DNA from: a virus
Strand: one strand, 5' to 3'
Length of the DNA: 42,545 nt
Virus record (IMG/VR): IMGVR_UViG_3300037067_027672
Location: 1-42,545 of that record
This document shows, in pieces, positions 1 to 6,684 of the stretch (position 1 is its first letter; each line of letters starts with the position of its first letter). The notes under the pieces are model-generated. The model had not been told where the DNA came from and ran no database searches. It saw only the letters and a list, made by a program, of their open reading frames with translations. Made by a program: the position numbers and the translations under genes.

Positions 1-174
1 GATGCTTATACCGATCCAGATACCGGATTGCCTTTGTTGGAATATATGGATCCATTCACCGGCAAGAAGACCTACACCTACCTGAATCCAGACACCCAGC
101 ATCCTATATTCACCTACTACAGCTATCCGGATGATAAAACGGGAAGGACGGCATATTCCTATATCGATTCGTAA
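1..174 (+). CDS. 3' end of a truncated protein with Y-x-D/N-P-x-T-G repeats
   Basis: Frame 1 is open from the window start: DAYTDPDTGLPLLEYMDPFTGKKTYTYLNPDTQHPIFTYYSYPDDKTGRTAYSYIDS*, stop TAA at 172-174. Confidence 0.55.
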   Translation, partial: DAYTDPDTGLPLLEYMDPFTGKKTYTYLNPDTQHPIFTYYSYPDDKTGRTAYSYIDS

Positions 175-215
175 ATACCGGTACAAATATATAGCTGGTT
201 TATCAACTATATAGC

Positions 216-710
216 ATGGCCCGGAAGGATTATCACGGAAGAATAGGAGAGGTTTATTTCGACTCCGTAGAACAGAAAAACAAGTTTTTTGGATTGGCTG
301 CAGCGAGGGGCTGCACTTTCTCGCGATATGCAATCAATATTTTGGAGGAAGCGGTAGGCCATGAGCAGCCAGCTATCCCTGCAACGGACTATGGACACCT
401 GGAGGACGAGAACAGGGAGCTGAGGCGGAGGATCGCGGAACTGTCGCGAGAGATCGAAACGATCAACGCAGAGCTGCAACGCCAGCGATACGCCGCTTTC
501 AATGAGGACACGGGCATCAATATCCAGTTTGATCCCGATCTCCTGGCAATCCTGCAGGCCGGACCGATCCACAGCCATGCTCTCTTGACAGCTTTGAAGA
601 TCAATCCCTCGGACACAACGCGAATGAGGGCTCTAGCTCAGCAGTTGGAGATTCTGGAAAGCACCAGGTTCATAGCTAAATCCAAGAACGGCTGGAGATG
701 GTTAAAGTGA
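216..710 (+). CDS. Integrase-associated regulator (RHH-like N-terminus, coiled coil, C-terminal winged-helix-like)
   Basis: Central coiled coil LEDENRELRRRIAELSREIETINAELQRQR; overlaps the integrase start by 13 nt; TATA-like elements at ~185-215. Confidence 0.6.
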   Translation: MARKDYHGRIGEVYFDSVEQKNKFFGLAAARGCTFSRYAINILEEAVGHEQPAIPATDYGHLEDENRELRRRIAELSREIETINAELQRQRYAAFNEDTGINIQFDPDLLAILQAGPIHSHALLTALKINPSDTTRMRALAQQLEILESTRFIAKSKNGWRWLK

Positions 711-1615
711 CCCTGCTGGAGGCTTGGGCCACTGATGCAGAGATTCGCGGGATGAGCCCCAGGACTATCCGGAATTATAGGTATCGCATAGCCAATTTTA
801 TGAGGTTCCTGGATGGCAAGGACATATTTGCAGTCAATAAAATAGATATCAGAGATTTTATAGAAGAGGCCCGAAAAAAGGGGCATTATACCGGATCAAT
901 CGCGTTCAGCCTCGCTAGTATAAGCAATTTCTATGATTGGGCCATTTTCGAGGAATTGACCGATAAGAATCCGGTGAAAGAGGTACGCTCGCGGTATTTG
1001 CATAGCTATAAGAAAGACAACGAGAAGCGAGACAGGCAGTTGATCAGCATAAAACAGGCAGCCAATATGATCGACTATATGGTCGATATCCGAGACAAGG
1101 CCATGATGACCGTCCTCTTCAAGACGGGCGTAAGGAGGAATGAGTTATTGAGCATGGAAGTCGATGATATCAATTGGAATGATTGGAGCATCACCCTGAA
1201 GCCAACCGCGAAACGTTCCAATAGAGTAGTCTTTTTCGACCAAGAGGCGGCCACTATACTGTCTCGTTGGCTAGCAGTTCGTGAAGAACGGAACAGAAAT
1301 GGAATCAAGGCATTATGGATATCAACGATTGGCCGCCCCGCAACAGAAAAAACAGTTATCTATATGATCAGTAAGGCGGGCATTGCCCTTGGTGTCCATA
1401 ACCCCAAATCCTCCAAGCTGGAAGAACATTTTAGCGCCCATTGCTGCCGTCATTGGTTCACCACCCACCTTCGCAGATCTGGGATGCCCCGTGAATTCAT
1501 CCAGGAGTTGAGGGGCGATGTTCGCAAAGAGGCAATCGATATCTATGATCACATTGATAGAGAAGAGCTGAGGAGAAGTTACCTGAGCCATATACCAAAA
1601 CTAGGCATAGCGTAA
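698..1615 (+). CDS. int: Tyrosine recombinase/integrase (archaeal XerA-like)
   Basis: Catalytic motifs KTGVRRNELL (R), HCCRHWF (HxxR) and ELRGD...IYDH (Y); N-terminal SAM-like domain (SPRTIRNYRYRIANF). Confidence 0.95.
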   Translation: MVKVTLLEAWATDAEIRGMSPRTIRNYRYRIANFMRFLDGKDIFAVNKIDIRDFIEEARKKGHYTGSIAFSLASISNFYDWAIFEELTDKNPVKEVRSRYLHSYKKDNEKRDRQLISIKQAANMIDYMVDIRDKAMMTVLFKTGVRRNELLSMEVDDINWNDWSITLKPTAKRSNRVVFFDQEAATILSRWLAVREERNRNGIKALWISTIGRPATEKTVIYMISKAGIALGVHNPKSSKLEEHFSAHCCRHWFTTHLRRSGMPREFIQELRGDVRKEAIDIYDHIDREELRRSYLSHIPKLGIA

Positions 1616-1900
1616 GCTACCCCTCCCCTTAAGGAGAGGGGCTTTCAGCAGCCCTGAGCAGATCTGTTTCAGAATCAGAGATCTACCCGGACCTCCAGGC
1701 CAGCCTACATGCGCCGACGAATCGCAGAGGTCCCCGTCTTGCGGGAACATTGGCCTCAGATCTGCCAAAGACGGCTTCAAATCGTGTTTCAGCCGTTCCC
1801 TTTCGGGCAAGAGTCTGGCAGAGCCGTACAGGATCAGCATCGAGCGGTTTACCGCGAGGGTGCCTAAGATGCCCAAGTACATACAGGAGATGGTTTGACA
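1612..1900 (+). ncRNA. Putative omega-RNA/HEARO-like scaffold (orphan)
   Basis: ~290 nt between the left-end hairpin and a GGAGA...ATG stub; several stems (CAGATCTG twice, CCC-TTTC-GGG, GCGG-TTTA-CCGC); position matches the omega-RNA of IscB elements; the 3' boundary is approximate. Confidence 0.5.
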
Positions 1901-1998
1901 TGTTAAATAGTTATGCAGAGCACCGCGAAAGTAAACTGGGAAGTGTACCCAATTCCTCCCACCCCCTAAAGGAGGCGGGCCTCCTTGGTGATTTACCG
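1612..1998 (+). mobile_element. Non-autonomous IS200/IS605-superfamily (IscB-type) miniature element
   Basis: Left end GTAAGCTACCCCTCCCCTTAAGGAGAGGGGC hairpin; right end TTCCTCCCACCCCCTAAAGGAGGCGGGCCTCCTTGG; no TSD; removing 1612-1998 restores the integrase end GGC ATA GCG TGA. Confidence 0.75.
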
Positions 1999-2041
1999 GT
2001 GACTACTCCCCTGCCTACGAAAATGGGATACAACCTGAGTT

Positions 2042-2106
2042 CCTGCAAATTAAGTCTGATAGCTGCAAAGAAAGTCACTCATTTTAGGGACTTTACATGC
2101 AAAGCC
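2042..2106 (+). repeat. Orphan copy of the transposon right end (direct repeat of 5900-5964)
   Basis: 65-bp alignment with 5900-5964 has 6 mismatches; the last 18 bp are a perfect inverted repeat of 2122-2139. Confidence 0.85.
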
Positions 2107-2324
2107 ACTAGGACTAGGACCGGCTTTGCATGTAAAGTCGGTTCTGCAACTAAAGTCTCGATCTTGCAACTAAAGTGACAGATATGTTCAGTAGATTGAT
2201 TATATTTCTAAGTAAGCAATTTTGGTTACTGAGGTCATACTTATGTATAAATCTATGGATGATAGTTGCATGTTGAGTTAGTTAGTCGCGTTTAAATAAT
2301 AAAACAATTAAAAATTTTGGCATA

Positions 2325-3254
2325 TTATCTCTGAACCCCTTGAACAGCGATTACGGCATTTGTACTTTGAATGGAGGCAATTCCATTATGATTTTCAACA
2401 ATCTTGAACGCCGGAGTATCTGTTAACGCTTGGATGCATGCATGATGGACGCTTAACACAGCATCTTGAAGCTTATCATCTGTTTCGAGGTATGATATAT
2501 TGATTTTTAGTTCATCTTTAGCTTTCTTTGCTGAAATATGACGCGCGTGGGATTTTGTCAGGGCGTGATCGGTGAGATCTTCTACAATCTTGTTTGCCTT
2601 GGTCGATGCATCGGCATCCCCGAGAAACATGCCACTTATTAACCAGTCTTTCACCATTTCCCGAGACCACGTTATTGCTTTTTCGCATTCGCCTATGAGT
2701 GTTGGGTGATATTTTGCGATGATTGGCTGCCAAAGATGGATCTTCGATGGAGTCGCCTGGATTTCAATACCTGCACGAGTAAATTCCTCGATTATCCCAT
2801 GTGCCGGAATTCCGTTGATCTGTGGGTCGATCGGGCCCAAGCTCGAATGCTTTCCCATAATAATTTCTTTGCAGGATAGTGCGATCATTGTTCCAGCGGA
2901 CATCGATATTTGGGGGACAATCGCACGGATGTCAGTGCCAAACATAGACCTGAGATAATCAACAATGGACTCGGTGGCTGCTGTGTCTCCGCCAGGAGTA
3001 TGAAGCAAAAGATCTAGGCCCTTGTCGCGGTTAAGTCCATGAATCACCGACATAAAGGATTCTTTATCACCATCATTAATCCCAAAATCCATGCCTTTTG
3101 ATCCAAGTAATGGCTTCTGAAGCCACCCCGAATAGTAGACTATGACATTTCTGTCTGTGGTTTCACTCAAATTTTTAAGATACTTTCGCCTAATCCCATC
3201 ATAAGGACTTCCAGCTGCTTTAGTTTCTTCGAGAATCTCTTTCCAATTCGGCAC
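2325..3254 (-). CDS. SDH-family (DUF114) ClpP/SppA-fold serine protease
   Basis: Motifs LLLHTPGGD, SMSAGTMIALSC, SSLGPIDPQI and late H (LTKSHARHIS). Confidence 0.85.
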   Translation of the reverse strand: MPNWKEILEETKAAGSPYDGIRRKYLKNLSETTDRNVIVYYSGWLQKPLLGSKGMDFGINDGDKESFMSVIHGLNRDKGLDLLLHTPGGDTAATESIVDYLRSMFGTDIRAIVPQISMSAGTMIALSCKEIIMGKHSSLGPIDPQINGIPAHGIIEEFTRAGIEIQATPSKIHLWQPIIAKYHPTLIGECEKAITWSREMVKDWLISGMFLGDADASTKANKIVEDLTDHALTKSHARHISAKKAKDELKINISYLETDDKLQDAVLSVHHACIQALTDTPAFKIVENHNGIASIQSTNAVIAVQGVQR

Positions 3255-3462
3255 CGTGATCGCTCTCCGTCAAGCCAATTCTGGTGTTGGCAGATAACTG
3301 GATAGTATAATAATCTTTGTCTTGATATTCTGACTCGTTCGTCAAATAATTTTGACCACGAAAAAGCAATCTTGCTCGATCTTCTTCGTTTTTAAGACCA
3401 AGTTTTTCAAAGATTTCAATTATTTCCATCTCAGATAGCATCTTCATTTTAATTACTCCCAT
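3220..3462 (-). CDS. Small acidic hypothetical protein, overlapping the protease start
   Basis: 80-aa ORF with upstream GGGAG; overlaps the protease gene by 35 nt. Confidence 0.55.
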   Translation of the reverse strand: MGVIKMKMLSEMEIIEIFEKLGLKNEEDRARLLFRGQNYLTNESEYQDKDYYTIQLSANTRIGLTESDHGAELERDSRRN

Positions 3463-3495
3463 TAAATTTATCTACCTATTGGATTTAATTGGATA

Positions 3496-3717
3496 TCAAT
3501 CTTCGCCTTGAGTTTTATGGTTTTCTTCACTAATAGATTTTTCTCTCTTCTTCGAACGTCGTTCGCGATCCCAATAAGGCGACTTACATTTTGGATTCGG
3601 GCAAACTTTCGGCGGCTTGTGTAGATCTCTCGGATACCACTCATGTCCACATCTCAAGCATCTTAATTTCATTGGTTCAAAATCGTGGCCGCACTGAGGA
3701 CATGTTACCATTATCAA
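3496..3717 (-). CDS. Small zinc-finger protein (probable transposase regulator)
   Basis: CPQC, CLRC and CPNPKC motifs with a basic tail; divergent from the transposase. Confidence 0.75.
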   Translation of the reverse strand: MIMVTCPQCGHDFEPMKLRCLRCGHEWYPRDLHKPPKVCPNPKCKSPYWDRERRSKKREKSISEENHKTQGED

Positions 3718-3759
3718 TACCTTATTTCAATCATTATAGTATATCACGTAAATCACTCA

Positions 3760-3830
3760 TCAAAAGTATATAATCCTATTGGTATATATACCACTAGGGA
3801 TATATACCTTGAATTACATAGTACAGGTGG
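3760..3830. promoter_or_regulatory. Divergent promoter/operator between Zn-finger gene and transposase
   Basis: Perfect palindrome GGTATATATACC (3781-3792), near-copy GATATATACC (3799-3808), TATA-like AGTATATAA nearby. Confidence 0.5.
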
Positions 3831-3836
3831 TAAATT

Positions 3837-5048
3837 GTGATGACCGATATGCGAGACCTGCGAGGAAAAGCAATAGCAGACCAAGGCGATCAAATCAAGA
3901 AGGTCAACGACCATTCTTTCAAGGTGAAATCCCAATCAGGAAGCAAGGTCTACGAAGTCAAAACAACGCCAAACGGCATGACTTGCACCTGCCCCAATTT
4001 CGTCTATCGCGGCGGAAAGTGTAAACACACACAGGCGACTCGCTATTACCTCGAAATCGAGAAAGATACACCCCAGGGCGTCGTTACTGAAAAGGTCCAC
4101 CTAACCTATAAACAGGCATGGGATGCCTACAACGCCGCGCAAATGGCAGAGGTCAAGCTATTTGATGAGCTGTTGAAAGACCTGGTAAAGACCATTCCAG
4201 AACCGGAGCAGACAATGGGAAGGCCACGCATACCCCTTCATGAATCCCTGTTCTGCGCGATCCAAAAGGTCTATTCGCAGCTTTCCAGCCGCCGCGCGCA
4301 TGGCCTATTCCAGAACGCGACCGAAAAAGGCCAAATCGAGCATGCCCCCAACTTCAACCAACCATCAATCCTCTTTAGGAACCCCGAGATAACGCCAATC
4401 CTACATGAACTTGTCACTCTATCCGCCTTGCCAGTTGCGGGAATCGAGGTTGATTTTGCTGTAGATTCTACTGGATTTCGTACAACCACATTCAACGCCT
4501 ATAATGGCGTTAAACATGGGCAAAAGAAAGAACATCAATGGGTAAAAGCTCACCTTTGCGCTGGGGTCAAAACTAACATCGTCGCGGCTGTGGCAATCAC
4601 AGATAGCAATGGAGGCGATTCACCTCAGTTTGGGCATCTGGTTAAGAAGACGGCGGAAGGCTTCAAGATCAACGAGGTATCTGCTGACTTGGCTTACTCC
4701 TCGCGCCTCAATTTGCAATTAGCAGCAAACGCAGGCGGTAAGGCATACATCCCATTCAAGAAAAGCGCGACTGGAAGGGCAGGCGGATCAGCTCTTTGGA
4801 AGAAGATGTTCCATTACTTCCAGCTCAACTGTGATAATTTTATGGACCACTATCATAAGAGGAGCAACATCGAGGCTACCAATGCGGCCACAAAGAGGAA
4901 GTTCGGTGAGACACTGAAGTCCAAGAATCCTGTTGCTCAGGTAAACGAGCTGTTGGCTAAGATCATTGCATACAACCTGACTGTAGTGATTCATGAGATG
5001 TACGAGAACGGGATTGATCCAGAGTTCTTACATCCACGCCAAGATTGA
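3837..5048 (+). CDS. SWIM-zinc-finger + DDE transposase (IS5/IS903-like)
   Basis: SWIM motif CTCPNF...KCKH; DDE motifs AVDSTGF, WVKAH, SADLAYSS, YHKRSNIEAT..TKRKFG. Confidence 0.9.
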   Translation: MMTDMRDLRGKAIADQGDQIKKVNDHSFKVKSQSGSKVYEVKTTPNGMTCTCPNFVYRGGKCKHTQATRYYLEIEKDTPQGVVTEKVHLTYKQAWDAYNAAQMAEVKLFDELLKDLVKTIPEPEQTMGRPRIPLHESLFCAIQKVYSQLSSRRAHGLFQNATEKGQIEHAPNFNQPSILFRNPEITPILHELVTLSALPVAGIEVDFAVDSTGFRTTTFNAYNGVKHGQKKEHQWVKAHLCAGVKTNIVAAVAITDSNGGDSPQFGHLVKKTAEGFKINEVSADLAYSSRLNLQLAANAGGKAYIPFKKSATGRAGGSALWKKMFHYFQLNCDNFMDHYHKRSNIEATNAATKRKFGETLKSKNPVAQVNELLAKIIAYNLTVVIHEMYENGIDPEFLHPRQD

Positions 5049-5055
5049 ATATTAA

Positions 5056-5436
5056 TCAAGCAGCAACGCACCGAGACAACATGGCATTTCTAATAACTTG
5101 CCTCTCTGTCTCTGGTTTTTCTGGCTTATATGATGTGGTTCGCATAAACCATCTCAGCAACGGATGGAATAATAGAACCGTTATGTTAAGCCCAGGCGCA
5201 TATACCCCGCGATTGAATTTAAACAGAACCAATTCTATAGTTAGGAGGCCTATTGCAACAAGCAAGGCTATAACGCCAGATCCCCACGCCGCCAGGCTTA
5301 CATAAATCGCCGAACCTGTAATCAATGCAAGAACCAGTCCATAGAGAGTTAATGCCAATAGCTTCTCCAGTAATCTTGCTGCCCTACATGTTCGCCCACG
5401 AATTCTGCACGAATTACAAGCTGGCATTTCTCTCAC
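5056..5436 (-). CDS. Two-TM membrane protein with N-terminal CxxC (transposon passenger)
   Basis: Two hydrophobic helices; likely start at MPACNSC after a GGGGTGA RBS. Confidence 0.5.
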   Translation of the reverse strand: MREMPACNSCRIRGRTCRAARLLEKLLALTLYGLVLALITGSAIYVSLAAWGSGVIALLVAIGLLTIELVLFKFNRGVYAPGLNITVLLFHPLLRWFMRTTSYKPEKPETERQVIRNAMLSRCVAA

Positions 5437-5476
5437 CCCACTAATAACAAGCTAATTACTAGTTAATTAAAGTTAC

Positions 5477-5755
5477 TCATTTGCCGTTTACCCGGTCTTT
5501 TAAAAAACTTGATATGTGTATAATCGTGAAAAACAGGAATATTATTAACGTAGCAACATGTGAATATTCTAATATTAATCTTATTATATTTCCTTCGGCC
5601 ATACCCATGCAAATAATTACTCTAGTTAATATATATAGTATACCTAAGATAACTAATACAGAGATCCCATCTAATATTAGAGTAGTAATAAGCTCAATAG
5701 TAAACTCCGCTTTCTTTCTTAAATTCGATCTCAAATTACTTGGAGCAGGCTCCAT
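5477..5755 (-). CDS. Two-TM membrane protein (transposon passenger)
   Basis: Two hydrophobic helices; E-x2-H-x3-L-x-IFL motif resembles that of 33574-33885. Confidence 0.65.
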   Translation of the reverse strand: MEPAPSNLRSNLRKKAEFTIELITTLILDGISVLVILGILYILTRVIICMGMAEGNIIRLILEYSHVATLIIFLFFTIIHISSFLKDRVNGK

Positions 5756-5964
5756 GGTCCAGAAATCCCAACTCAGTTGGTAAATACTTTGCGCCCCCGG
5801 TTCAATCCGTCCTGGCTAAAGAGAACTTCACCCAATTGTTTTGCAATCCATGCAGATGATGGCAACCAAATTTATCTCAAATTACTGATATTAGTACGCC
5901 CTGCAAATTAAGTCTGATGTCTGCAAAGGAAGTCCCTCATTTTAGGGACTTTCTATGCAAAGCC

Positions 5965-6041
5965 GGTAGGCAGAAACGTGGGCAAAGGACTCCGCTTTCA
6001 TCCCCACCCTGAAGGATGGGGACTTCCCGCTTCGTCCTTCG
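5965..6041 (+). mobile_element. Right-end remnant of a second IS200/IS605 (IscB/TnpB-type) element
   Basis: Hairpin CCCCACCCTGAAGGATGGGG (6002-6021) read as AFIPTLKDGDFPLRP, the kind of peptide that overlaps IscB-type right ends. Confidence 0.55.
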
Positions 6042-6117
6042 CAATCCTACAAGTTAACCAGATGCAGGATGTCGCATTAGCTAAGCCCAAATAAAAAATA
6101 CAGAAAAGATGTACTAG

Positions 6118-6684
6118 CTAATATGTTAACTCGTAGAATGTTAATCTACGTATTCCCATATAGCTGGTGTCACCATGATTATTTGCGCATTTTAGAGCGT
6201 AATAACGATATGGTGTTATTGGTGATGTTACTGCTATTTCATAGAATAGAGCACCATCATAAGCCTGGGTATGTCGTGTCATCGAAGCAGGAGACTTCTC
6301 GATAGTCGTCCACCCGGTATCTGTTGCGTATGTGAGATTTGAAAAGCTACTGGAGCTATTAGAGCCCTGAAGAGTAAAACCGTTTACTCCGCGTATTGTA
6401 TTGTATCCAGCATTGTGATAGTTGCAATAGACTATCTTTCCAATTACCTTTGCAGAACCCAAATCCACATGAAATCGTTGGCTCGTTGGATTTCCAACAT
6501 CGCTCATCCAGCAGTAAGGATATGCGTCTCCAGATAGCGGTTGGCTTGGATCTAAAGCTTTATGTGGCTCCATTTCAAAAGTGTTTGTAGTGGCCTTCAC
6601 GTAAGTACTGTTATATGCTGGGGGATAGACCGCCTTATAACTCGTTGGTATTAAAGGTATTCGCCTTAATATTCGCATACTCAT
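6118..6684 (-). CDS. Discoidin/F5-8 type C-like carbohydrate-binding protein (receptor-binding accessory)
   Basis: CWMS...QRFHVDLGSAKVIGKIVYCNY...GFTLQGSN...YRYYAL pattern; ATGA overlap with the tail fibre gene. Confidence 0.7.
   Translation of the reverse strand: MSMRILRRIPLIPTSYKAVYPPAYNSTYVKATTNTFEMEPHKALDPSQPLSGDAYPYCWMSDVGNPTSQRFHVDLGSAKVIGKIVYCNYHNAGYNTIRGVNGFTLQGSNSSSSFSNLTYATDTGWTTIEKSPASMTRHTQAYDGALFYEIAVTSPITPYRYYALKCANNHGDTSYMGIRRLTFYELTY

Larger units (their letters stand above)
2122..5964 (+). mobile_element. IS5/IS903-like element carrying passenger genes (3843 bp)
   Basis: Terminal inverted repeats GGCTTTGCATGTAAAGTC (2122-2139) and GACTTTCTATGCAAAGCC (5947-5964), 16/18 match; internal DDE transposase; no perfect TSD. 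Confidence 0.8.

Noticed and set aside
1750-2178. 142-aa ORF as a real gene
   Set aside because: It runs across the omega-RNA-like region, an IS end and transposon ends; only the short IscB-like terminal peptide is meaningful
5791-5815. tRNA T-loop-like GGTTCAATCC as an att core
   Set aside because: The loop is one base short, the stem does not close, there is no acceptor arm, and it lies inside the transposon
2113-5973. Target-site duplication for the 2122-5964 element
   Set aside because: The flanks ACTAGGACC and GGTAGGCAG share only TAGG, so no clean TSD can be claimed
6118-6684. Diversity-generating retroelement target (lectin-like tail gene)
   Set aside because: No reverse transcriptase ORF and no template-repeat copy of its 3' end seen in the window
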